Shown piece by piece: positions 50,691 through 61,899 of a stretch of DNA of 64,000 nt. The position numbers were made by a program, and so were the translations under genes. Within the stretch, counting starts at the first letter, position 1; each line of letters begins with the position of its first letter. Source of the DNA: Octopus bimaculoides (lineage: Eukaryota); the NCBI RefSeq assembly GCF_001194135.2, contig NC_068984.1:130942823-131006822 (forward strand), given 5' to 3'. Below the pieces are notes generated by a model. That model made no database searches. It worked only from the letters and a program-made list of their open reading frames with translations, and was not told the DNA's origin.

Positions 50691-50846
50691 ATGGTGGTGC
50701 CGTTAAGAATTTCCACAGTTTGCAGCTTTGAGAAACAACTCCATCATATGCAGAATAGGTGACATTAGCTGCCTGTTTTGGGTAGCAGAGTGAGGCTGCA
50801 GACACTATGGCTATGGAACTGTATGCCACTTTCTTCATTCTACCTC
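50691..50846 (-). CDS. APOOL: MIC26/MIC27 exon 6 (156 nt), second TM segment
   Basis: ttttcag acceptor; (G)GRMKKVAYSSIAIVSAASLCYPKQAANVTYSAYDGVVSQSCKLWKFLTAPP, compare KFKKITYP...ATVCYPVQS; gtatgt donor; phase 1/1. Confidence 0.94.
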
Positions 50847-52651
50847 CTGAAAATTAAAGAAAAAAACCACTAAGAGTTTAAAGTAGAAAGATTTTAAAAA
50901 ACATGTGTTAACACTAAGCAGTGATGTATATAAATACAAACTTGTTACCAGTTCAAATATGCTTGTGGCATATTCAGACCTGTAAGAAAGCCATTCACTG
51001 TTTCGTCATGGAAAAAATTTCTTGCTGAACACAAATTGGTGTAAATACACCAAACCAGCTCATAGCACCACCTAACCAGATTGTGGTATGAAAGATGCCT
51101 CCAGCACATTTGAAATGGTAATGAGTTGTGTATTTATAAAGACTTTTTAAATATATGATTTTTAAATAGTTTAATCAGAGGAGGAATGGCAATGCCATTG
51201 GTCTTTTTCAGTCACCTTGTTTCTTCACTCTTTACTTCTGTAGAGTCTTAGCACTGCATTTTGATGAAACCATCAACTTTAAACTGTTTCCATCATCATT
51301 TAACGTCCACTTTCCATGCTGGCATGGGTTGGACGGTTTGACTGAGAACTGGCAAGCCAGGAGGTTGCACCAGACACCAATCTGATCTGGCAAGGTTTCT
51401 ACAGCTTGATGCCTGAGAGTGTAGTGGTTGCTTTTTACGTGCCACCAGCACAGGAACCAGTCAGGTGGCACTGGCATCGACCATGCTTGCATGGTGCTTT
51501 TTACATGCCACCAGCATGGGAGCCAGTCAGGTGCACTAGCATCGACCATGCTCGTATGGTGCTTTTTATGTGCCACTGACATGTGAGTAATGAAAAAGTA
51601 CAGTGTTGAAAACAGACTTGGTTGAAAATGATCCAAAGAGTCTTGGAAAAAGATAACGATTAACGAACAATATTATCATTTAACGCCTACTTTTCCATAC
51701 TTGCATGGATCAGACAGAACTTGTTAAAGCAGATTTTTCTATGACTGGTTGTCCTTCCTCTCGTCAAGCTTCACCTGTTTCCAAGCAAGGTAATATTTTC
51801 TCATGGTCAGACATTTTTCTTTACAGAAGACTGGAAATGAAGAACATCACTTATATGATTGATGTTCTTTTGCAACCATGATGTCAATACAAGGGTACAC
51901 ACACACAGGTATGGTGATGTGAACAGGAAAAAGAGATCTCAAAATATGACTTGTTTCTGCTAGATGTAGAAACCATGCCAAATCAGACAGGAACCTGGTG
52001 CAGTTCTCCGGCTTACCAGTTCCAATCAAACTACCTAATCCATGAAAGGATGAAAGGCAAAGTCGACTTTAGCGGAATTTGAACCTAATCCATGCCAGCA
52101 TGGAAAGCGGATGTTAAATGATGATGATGATGACATTCTTTCAGTTTCCATCTTCCAAATTCACTCACAAGGACTTGGTTGGCCTGGGGCAAGAGTAGAA
52201 GACGCCAGCCAAAGGTATTGTGCAATGGGACTGAACCTGAGACCACATGGTTGGGAAGCAAGCTTCTTAACCACACATCCACACTTGTACCTAGAATGAA
52301 AAACTTACAGACATGGAAAGAAATTTCCGATAGATGAAGGATGTTGTAGAGCGGTGAGGTGTGCCAGAGGGGACACTCTAAATCCACTCCCTGCCTGAAG
52401 GATGATGACTGTACAGCTAACTACCGACTACACAGTCAGGTCTCTACCATGCAGCGAGGTGGACTGGGCTGTAGAAAGTATCTGGGCCTTGGACACAGTG
52501 CAGTGCTAGTGAGAAGACATGAAATCCTTATATCATGGCTGATAAGTTGACCCTCTTCAAGAAATAACTCTCTCTGTAAATATTGTGAAATTATGAGAAA
52601 TATATAACACTCAATAAACATAAACGAAGCAAAAAAAAAATTGGGGTTTAC

Positions 52652-52747
52652 CTCTGTAACCAGCTACAATGCCACCTAGACCAGCCACTGTGATTACTCC
52701 AGCTCGGGCCAGTACATTTGGATCATTTTGGATATAATCAATAAGAC
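52652..52747 (-). CDS. APOOL: MIC26/MIC27 exon 5 (96 nt), first TM segment with glycine motif
   Basis: attacag acceptor; (G)LIDYIQNDPNVLARAGVITVAGLGGIVAGYR(G), compare GVITVSGLAGLVSAR; gtaaac donor; phase 1/1. Confidence 0.94.
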
Positions 52748-52849
52748 CTGTAATGGAAATGACAATGCAGTTGTAAATGGATAGCCATCTATTTCAGTTC
52801 ACACTTAACCTGTGTTTCTTCTCAACATTTCATATTCAACACACTCCAC

Positions 52850-53400
52850 TCAACAATGCACACCTAACATGTCACACAAAACTTGTGTTTCCACTCAATA
52901 TTACACACCTAAAACACCACACTCAACCAGTTTCTACTCAAGATTACAATTCCAAAACGTCATACTCAATTAGTTTCTGCTCAACATTATACATCCAAAA
53001 CACCATACTCAACTGGTTTCTTATTTCATTATTGCCCACAAGGGGCTAAACATAGAGGGGACAAACAAGGACAGACAGTGCGTAACTGGTACTTAATTTA
53101 TCGACTCCGAAAGGATGAAAGGCAAAATTGACCTCGGCGAAATTTGAACTCAGAACGTAATGGTAGACGAAATACCACTAAGCATTTCTGCCAGCTTGCT
53201 GCCTTAATACTCAAGTAGTTTCTACTCAAGATTACAATTCCAAAATACCACACTCGACCAGTCTCCACTCAACATTATACATCTAAAACACCATACTCAA
53301 CTAGTTTCTACTCAAGATTACACTTCCAAAACACCACACTCAACATTACACGTCCAAAACACCAAACTCAGTCTATCTCCACTCAACATTACACACTCAA
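52850..53400. repeat. Degenerate minisatellite of about 39 bp, split by a SINE
   Basis: Recurring CTCAA(C/G)ATTA(C/T)ACATCCAAAACACCA(C/T)ACTCAAC(C/T)AGTTTCTA units on both sides of a family B SINE at about 53022-53206. Confidence 0.8.
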
Positions 53401-54142
53401 CACACCACTCCTCCTTTCCCATTCAACATCCTATGCACAACAAGACCACTTCCATATTGCCTCAACAGCTTTCACAAACCACACACACTGACAGAAAAAA
53501 AACAAAAACTGGCATCCATCAGTTATGGTGATGAGAGTTCCAGTTGATCCAATCAACAGAACAGCCTGCTCATGAAATTAACATAGAAGTGGTTGAGTAC
53601 TCCACAGACATGCATAACCCCTTAATGAAGTCCTCAAAGAGATTCAGTGTGACACAGAATGTGATAAGGCTTGCCCTTTGAAATACAGGTTTTNNNNNNN
53701 NNNNNNNNNNNNNNNNNNNNNNNNNNNNNNNNNNNNNNNNNNNNNNNNNNNNNNNNNNNNNNNNNNNNNNNNNNNNNNNNNNNNNNNNNNNNNNNNNNNN
53801 NNNNNNNNNNNNNNNNNNNNNNNNNNNNNNNNNNNNNNNNNNNNNNNNNNNNNNNNNNNNNNNNNNNNNNNNNNNNNNNNNNNNNNNNNNNNNNNNNNNN
53901 NNNNNNNNNNNNNNNNNNNNNNNNNNNNNNNNNNNNNNNNNNNNNNNNNNNNNNNNNNNNNNNNNNNNNNNNNNNNNNNNNNNNNNNNNNNNNNNNNNNN
54001 NNNNNNNNNNNNNNNNNNNNNNNNNNNNNNNNNNNNNNNNNNNNNNNNNNNNNNNNNNNNNNNNCAAAAAGGGAAAAAGACAAAAAAACAACAACAAAAA
54101 ACAACAACGTGAGGACGTGATACAGATTGTGCTACTAGACGC

Positions 54143-54173
<31 letters not shown>

Positions 54174-54475
54174 GACATCTTTTCAGTTTTATGTCAACTA
54201 AATCCATTCACAAGGATTGGTCAGCCCAGGGCTAAAGCAGAAGACACTTGCCCAAAAGGGGCCACATAGTGGTACTGAAGCTGTAACCATGTGGATGGGA
54301 AGCAAACTTCTTACCACACGGCCACACCTGGGCCTATGATGTTTATCTAAAAAAACACAAACGTCCTGATGCGTATCAGTTAAAAGTATGACTGTCTCAA
54401 GGTAAAACTAATTGAGGGGTTGAGTGTAGCATATTACTCATTGAAATTAAGGTCTGAGTGTAAGGTAATACTCAC

Positions 54476-54530
54476 CTAAAGTGTGGGCCTTGGAAACTTC
54501 CCATTTATATGACACTTTCTCTGAGAAATT
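54476..54530 (-). CDS. APOOL: MIC26/MIC27 exon 4 (55 nt)
   Basis: atttacag acceptor; NFSEKVSYKWEVSKAHTL(G); GTGAGT donor; phase 0/1 bridges exons 3 and 5 exactly. Confidence 0.88.
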
Positions 54531-55243
54531 CTGTAAATAACAAAAAGGCTCTATGTTATTGTTGTTGCTGCTATTTAACTCCAGGTGAGTCAACATTATC
54601 ATCATCATCTTCATTTAACGTCCGTTTTCCATGCTAACATGGGTTGGACAGTTTGACTGAAAACTGGTAAGCTGGTAAGCAGCACCTGGTTCCAATCTGA
54701 TTTGACATAGTTTCTACAGCATCGGTTGTCAAGCGATATTGGGGGTCACAAACACAGACACACACACTGGACTGGCTCTTGTACGGATGGCACATAAAAG
54801 ACACCATTTTCGAGCGTGGCCGTTGCCAGTATCGCCTGACTGGCCTTCGTGTGGGTGACACGTAAAAGCACCCACTACAGTCTCTGAGTGGTTGGCGTTA
54901 GGAAGGGCATCCAGCTGTAGAAACTCTGCCAAATCAGACTGGAGCCTGGTGTTGCCATCCGGTTTCACCAGTCCTCAGTCAAATCGTCCAACCCATGCTA
55001 GCATGGAATGCGGACGTTAAACGATGATGATATATACGACGGGCTTCTTTCAGTTTCCGTCTACCAAATCCACTTACAAGGCTTTGGTCAGCCAATAATG
55101 TATTATCACGTAGCTTTGAGATTTCAATGATAAGATTGCTTATTTTTAGAATGTCATTGTAGGATAAGCATGAGAGGCAGGATCTTGTCAGTTTGAACAT
55201 AAAACAGGTAGAATATTTTGGCTGGATATAGCTGAAGAGTTAC

Positions 55244-55463
55244 CCCTTTAGCATTCAGAATACTCCGTCAAATGCAGTGCTTATTTATTCACATTGTTTT
55301 GAATTAATCATGCATTATCTTGTAGCTTCGATATTTTGACCACGTCATGTTTTATTTTCAGAATGACATTGTAGGGTAGGTGTGATAGACAGGATCTGGT
55401 CAGTTTGAACATAAAGCAAGAAGAATATCTGGGCTGGATATGGTTGATCTAAATGCTAAAGAG
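55244..55463. mobile_element. piggyBac-like MITE
   Basis: 16-bp TIRs CCCTTTAGCATTCAGA / CTCTTTAGCATTTAGA (14/16), with flanks TTAC and TTAA. Confidence 0.7.
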
Positions 55464-55554
55464 TTAACTTCACAACCACCGCATGCTTTAACGATGGAAT
55501 TATTGATAACGGTGATGACGAAGATGACAAAAGACAAAGAATCATCTTCCATAC

Positions 55555-55680
55555 CTTCATTGATTCTTGATATCCAGCAAAGAACCTGCGTACACTTCCG
55601 ATTCCTTTCTGCAAAACATTTCGTTCAGAAGGTACAAACTGATAGACATACTTCTTTGGAGCCGGTTCATATATTGGCAG
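55555..55680 (-). CDS. APOOL: MIC26/MIC27 exon 3 (126 nt)
   Basis: cttcag acceptor; LPIYEPAPKKYVYQFVPSERNVLQKGIGSVRRFFAGYQESMK, compare MIC27 LPIYTAPP..KYVEEQPGHLQMGFASIR; gtatgg donor. Confidence 0.92.
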
Positions 55681-56226
55681 CTGAAGATGGAAGAAAATCA
55701 CAATGCAAAAGTCACAATAGGAAGAACAAATAAATAAAGTAATATGATTCATGTACAGAGTTTATTACATAGTTAGAGATTGGTAAGAGAAATGAGGGGC
55801 AGAGCTGCTTGAAATTATGGTGAGGTACAGTGAACAGGGATGGCTGTGTGGTTAAGAAGCTTGTTTGCAAATCATGTGGCCTTAGGTTCAGTCCCACTGT
55901 TTGGGATAAAAAATGATTGACAGAAACAATCAATACAGTAACAGAAGATATATGTGTGTGTGTACAAAGCAACAAGGTTCTGTACAGTTTTCATATACCA
56001 AATTCTATGAAGACTGCATTGGTTAATGTGAGGCTATGACAGGAGACACTGAGACCCAAAGTGACTCACAGTGAGATTGAACCTAGAATCATATAACTGT
56101 GAAGCAAGTGTCTTAACCATAAAACCATGTTTGTGTGTAATAGCAGCCCTGACACATTTACTTCAATAGGAATGGGGTCCATTTGAGCTTTATGGGGTAA
56201 GGGAGGTCAGTACGTGTCATACTTAC

Positions 56227-56319
56227 ATCAGCTATTGTCATTATTTTAATATCTTTGGTGTCTTCAGGGCCAACGGCAGCGAAGTAAACAGGGAAGCCCA
56301 TTGATCCAAGTCTCAACAC
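56227..56319 (-). CDS. APOOL: MIC26/MIC27 exon 2 (93 nt)
   Basis: ttttgaag acceptor; VLRLGSMGFPVYFAAVGPEDTKDIKIMTIAD; GTAAGT donor; phase 0/0. Confidence 0.88.
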
Positions 56320-58508
56320 CTTCAAAAGTAAGAAGAGAAACAAAACACCATATTGAACAACATCAACAACTTCACAAATTCAACATATCCAAACAGTGGC
56401 CAGAGATTTCAGAGTACCTTTCTATTATCGACAGTCAATTTTATACTGACAAAAGGGTTAGATAAATAAACAAGTACATTTGTAAGGTGAGTGTTATTTC
56501 TTTACTGTCCACAAGGGGCTAAACATAGAGGGGACAAACAAGGACAGACAAATGGATTAAGTCGATTATATCGACCCCAGTGCGTAACTGGTACTTATTC
56601 AATCGACCCCGAAAGGATGAAAGGCAAAGTCGACCTCGGCGGAATTTGAACTCAGAACGTAGCGGCAGACGAAATACCGCCAAGCATTTTGCCGACGTGC
56701 TAACGTTTCTGCCAGCTCACCGCCTTCATTTGTAAGGTGAGTGTATTCTCACGATTAGTGAGTGTGCTGTAAGCCAATATTCTATCCTTCGCACTCTTAC
56801 AATACGACTGTTATAAGTTGTCACTTTTGACAAGTAATCATCATCACTATTTTAACGTCTGTTTTTCTATGACTGCATGGATCAGAGTTCACATATATAC
56901 ATACTTTTTAATTCATTGCCTTTTATCCTTTTCAGGATTGATGTAATAAGTGTCAGTTAAACACTGGGGTCAACGTGATCAGCTAAACCTCTCTGCCAAA
57001 ATTTCTGACCTTATGCCTATAGCAGAAAGGATTATTATTATTATTATTACTAAGGTGGCGAGATGGCAGAAACGCTAGTAAGCCGGGCGAAATGTTTAGC
57101 AGTATTTCGTCTGCCATTACATTCTGAGTTCAAATTCCGCCGAGGTCAACTTTGCCTTTCATCCTTTTGGGGTCGATAAATTAAATACCAGTTACGCACA
57201 GGGGTCGATCTAATCGACTCAGTACCTTTGTCTGTCCTCTATGCTTAGCCCCTTGTGAGCAATAAAGAAATAAGAAAGGATTATTATCATCATTATTGGG
57301 CGGTAAAGCGGGCAGGATTGTTAGTATGTAGGACCAAAATGCTTAGTGGCAATTCTTTTGGTTGTTTAAGTTTTCAGTTGAAATTCTATCTTTTTATCCG
57401 TTCAGAGTCAATAAAATAAATATCAGCTGTGCACTGGGTTCAATGTAATTGACATGCCTCCTGCCTCAAAATTGCAGGCCTTGTGCCAAAATTTGAAATT
57501 ATTATTATTATTATGAAGAAGGCGGCGAGCAGGCAGAGTCGTTACAACACTGGGCAAAATGCTTAGAGGCATTTCGTCCACTTTTACGTTCTGAGTTCAA
57601 ATTCCGCTGAAGTCGACTTTGCCTTTCGGGATCGATAAATTAAGTACCAGTTGCGTACTGGGGTCGATCTAAACGACTGGACCCCTTTCCCCCAAAATTT
57701 CAGGCCTTGTGCCTATAGTAGAAAATTTTTAAAATGTTTGTTTAAATAAACCCATTTCAAGAAAATATCAAACGGGCCGCAAGATAAAAGTTTGAGGACC
57801 GGAAGTAAAGAATACGCACACCACCCGTTTTTGGCGTAACCCTAACCCCAAAACCTTAAAAACACCGGGTGTGCGTATTCTTTACCTTCGCCAGTCTCAT
57901 CTACATATGGGTTTTGAATTTCGACACAAGGCCAGCAATTTCGGGCGATGAGTTAAGTCGATTACATCAACCTGCAGTGCTGATATGGTACTTATTTTAT
58001 CGACCCCGGCGGCGTCTGAACTCAGAGCGTTAAGTTAGAAGAAATGCTATTCAGCTTTTCGTCCGACACCGTAACGATTCTGTCAGCTCGCCGCCTTAAG
58101 TTTCATCTGAATATATGTTACGAGAAATCGACCGTATCCCCTCACGGAATGTCTGATTTTCTGATAATTTTCAAAATCATGCACCATCATTATAAAGAGA
58201 TTATAATATAGCGTAACTCTTTTGCAAATTAAAGCCAAAGACCCGTTTTTGATATCCAATTTGGCCTTTTTTTTTTTTTTTTGGTTTAGTTACTTATGCC
58301 CTTGCATACATGAATGTGACACCGTCCTATTTACCGACGCCTGCTTTAACTCTGGCTTTGCTACAGACGTTATATCTACAGTAAATATACGAAAACGAAG
58401 TAAATCAAAGATCAAAATCATAAATAAGTCAACACGAATATTTTTCACAGACAGAAAGGAAACTAAACATAAGAGAAAGGAAATCAAAAATGTCAATGTC
58501 AAACTCAC

Positions 58509-58520
58509 CCGACGCGCCAT
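58509..58520 (-). CDS. APOOL: MIC26/MIC27 (APOO/APOOL family) exon 1, coding part MARR
   Basis: caagATGGCGCGTCGG followed by a consensus GTGAGT donor; phase 0 joins exon 2. A very short first coding exon is what I recall for this family. Confidence 0.8.
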
Positions 58521-58700
58521 CTTGTACGGTGTTACACTATAGGTGTCACCGATGTTATTTTGTTACCGGTCATTTTTGTAGACGTTTTATTCCTGAATTT
58601 ATCAAACTATGTGATGAATGTTACTAAGATAGACGACAGAGATTTATTATATGTGATGAATGCTACTGAGATTGACGACATACTTAGAGAATTCCGAAAA
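58515..58700 (-). promoter_or_regulatory. Promoter/TSS region of the MIC27 gene
   Basis: CAAGATGGCG (YY1-type motif) overlaps the ATG, and the region is locally CpG-rich against a CpG-poor window. The exact TSS cannot be determined. Confidence 0.55.
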
Positions 58701-60458
58701 AAAACAACAAAACTACATTAAACATTAGGAAAGGAGAAAAACAAACAAACAAAACAGTTAATATTCAATACAACTTATATCTGATATCAGTTCAAATTGA
58801 AAACTCAGTAAAGGAAGAAAAATGTTTATAAATATGTTTTTTAATCTAGAAGNNNNNNNNNNNNNNNNNNNNNNNNNNNNNNNNNNNNNNNNNNNNNNNN
58901 NNNNNNNNNNNNNNNNNNNNNNNNNNNNNNNNNNNNNNNNNNNNNNNNNNNNNNNNNNNNNNNNNNNNNNNNNNNNNNNNNNNNNNNNNNNNNNNNNNNN
59001 NNNNNNNNNNNNNNNNNNNNNNNNNNNNNNNNNNNNNNNNNNNNNNNNNNNNNNNNNNNNNNNNNNNNNNNNNNNNNNNNNNNNNNNNNNNNNNNNNNNN
59101 NNNNNNNNNNNNNNNNNNNNNNNNNNNNNNNNNNNNNNNNNNNNNNNNNNNNNNNNNNNNNNNNNNNNNNNNNNNNNNNNNNNNNNNNNNNNNNNNNNNN
59201 NNNNNNNNNNNNNNNNNNNNNNNNNNNNNNNNNNNNNNNNNNNNNNNNNNNNNNNNNNNNNNNNNNNNNTTATCGTTCCTGAAAAGATGAACTCAGTACC
59301 CATTACCATTCTTTTCCTGCGTTTTAACCATTCTGCTATTCCAGCGCCCAATTTGTGTTTATTATAATTAATAAGTTTCAAATTTTGGCACACGGCCAGT
59401 AATTTCAGGGGAGGGGTAAAATCGAACATATCGATCCCAGTGTTCAGCTGATACTTATTTCATCGACTTTGAAAGGTTGGAAGGCAAAGTCAACCCCGGC
59501 GGCATTTGAACTCATAACGTAAAGGCAGACGAAACGCCGCTAAGCATTTTGCTCGACGTCCTAACGATTCTGCCAGCTCGTCGCCTTAATTATATAATAA
59601 TTAATGAACAGTAATATTGTTTATGGGTCTTCACAGGGCCAATCTCTAGTTTACTGTCTTTCCGACAGCGAGAGTGAGAAGGGAGTGCCTATAACTAGGT
59701 ACAGAATAAATATCTCGAGGGACTTCATTCGTAAAGTCCTTCGAGATATTCGTAGAAATATTCAGTGTTTTTCTTTTCTTTTTCAATGTTGATGCAAGTC
59801 GGCGAAAGATACACATAAAAACATTAAGAAGAAACCCTCCATAGAGTGGAGGTGGTCTAAGTGAGTTTTGGAATGGCTAATATGTACCTTCCACGCTGCA
59901 TTTATTTCAGTTTGAAGACACGTTCTTTGATCAACTCACTTTGCCAGACAATACATCTGAATAGTTTTTATGAAGTTTACAAACTGAAGGCATGCCAACA
60001 CGGGTATCCCACATCCACGACTTTGTTTCCTCATAACTTTCAGAAAAATGGTTGTTCTTTTAATGAAAATTTCTACATGTATCTTTCAGACGGTGTACAT
60101 ACCAATTATATCGGAATTTATTGTGAAAAAAAAAATTTTCGGAATAGGTGGGGAGGAGGAATATCGGATAAATCACACAAAACGACTTTGTTTCCTCATA
60201 ATTGAACCCCACCCCCACCAAAAAAAAAACTGGACATTTTTAAAATGAAAGTTTCTAGGCTGTGGTGGTAAGAAGATTGCTTTCCAACCACATGGTTCCA
60301 GGTTCGGTTCCAATGCGTGGCACCTTGTGCAAGTGTCTTCTACTATAGTCCCGAGTCGACCAAAGCCTTGTGATTGGATTTGGTAGACGGGAACTGAAAG
60401 AAATCCGTCGTTAGGTATTTATACGTATATGCCTTTGTGTGTGTATTTGTTCTCCACC

Positions 60459-60871
60459 GGAGGCGCAATAGCCCAGTGGTTAGGGCAGCGGACTCGCGGT
60501 TTCGATTCCCAGGCCGGGCGTCGTGAGTGTTTATTGAGCGAANNNNNNNNNNNNNNNNNNNNNNNNNNNNNNNNNNNNNNNNNNNNNNNNNNNNNNNNNN
60601 NNNNNNNNNNNNNNNNNNNNNNNNNNNNNNNNNNNNNACTCTTCCACCACAACTTTCTCTCACTCTTACTTCCTGTTTCTGTTGTGCCTGTAATTCAAAG
60701 GGTCAGCCTTGTCACACTGTGTCACGCTGAATATCCCCGAGAACTACGTTAAGGGTACACGTGTCTGTAGAGTGCTCAGCCCCTTGCACGTTAATTTCAC
60801 GAGCAGGCTGTTCCGTTGATCGGATCAACTGGAATCCTCGACGTCGTAATCGACGGAGTGCCAACAATACA
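60459..60871 (+). mobile_element. Family C SINE nested inside a family A SINE
   Basis: 14-bp TSD ATTTGTTCTCCACC at 60445-60458 and 60872-60885. The host SINE spans about 60255-61045. Confidence 0.9.
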
Positions 60872-61856
60872 ATTTGTTCTCCACCACCGCTTGACAACCG
60901 GTGTTGATTTGTTTGCGTTCCCATAAGTTAATGGTTCGACAGTAAGAGAATGATAGAATAAGTACCAGACTATAAAATAACAGCATAAAGACTGGGATCA
61001 ATTTGTTCCACTAAACTCTTCAAGGCAGTGCCTGAGCATGGCCGCAGTTTAATGTTTGAAGCAAGAGATTAAATACCTTTCAGTTGGTGCAGATTATGAT
61101 ATCCGTGGAGTTTAATGTATAAATAAAAATGTGGAGCGCGCGCACGCACATAATTTTCTCAAAATCACAAGTCTCATTTTATAGATATATCTGATATGTG
61201 TCGGTATGCACGTATGCACATTTACTAACTTTTTAAACATTAAGTCCCGATATAATCGTTATCTACACCATCTGAATTGTATTTATTGAAAATTTCCTTA
61301 AAAATATTTATTCTTCTGAAACGAAGTTAGAGGGTAGTACACTTGTGTAGGTATTCCCAACGTAATACCAGTTCGAATATGTTTGAGAGCTGTTTGAACC
61401 TGTAGAAAGCTTTTCACTGTAGTTTGTCATAGATTAAAATATTTCTCAATCATATTTGGATTGATATTTAAGTTTATTTACTCTCAATCACGGCTCTGAG
61501 CTTCTACTCAAGAATGTTACAAAGTTACATAATTCTGTAGTCTACTGGAAAGAGTTACCTCCCATGCCACCTTTTGTTGTGTTTGTTTAACTTCAAAACA
61601 GTTGTTTCTTTCTCGTAGGTTGAGCGTTTGCATGGAAGGTTCCCAGTTTCGTTGGTTCATTTCTCTGTGAAAATCCGGAAAAGTTGATGATTATGATGGA
61701 TTCGGGTATTTTATAATGTTGCTTACCGGCTGTAAGGGGCTTTTACAAACACATAAAAAAGCCTTAATAAAAGAAAAAATGGTTTTAGTTACGCACTGAG
61801 AAGTATAGATGTATAGGTGCGTGTGCGCGAGTAGTGAACGTATGCTTGTTTGATTG

Positions 61857-61899
<43 letters not shown>

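Noticed and set aside
58525-58550. GGTGACACCTATAG on the - strand, resembling the SP6 phage promoter (vector contamination)
   Set aside because: The match is imperfect and short, embedded in a native promoter, with no other vector sequence.
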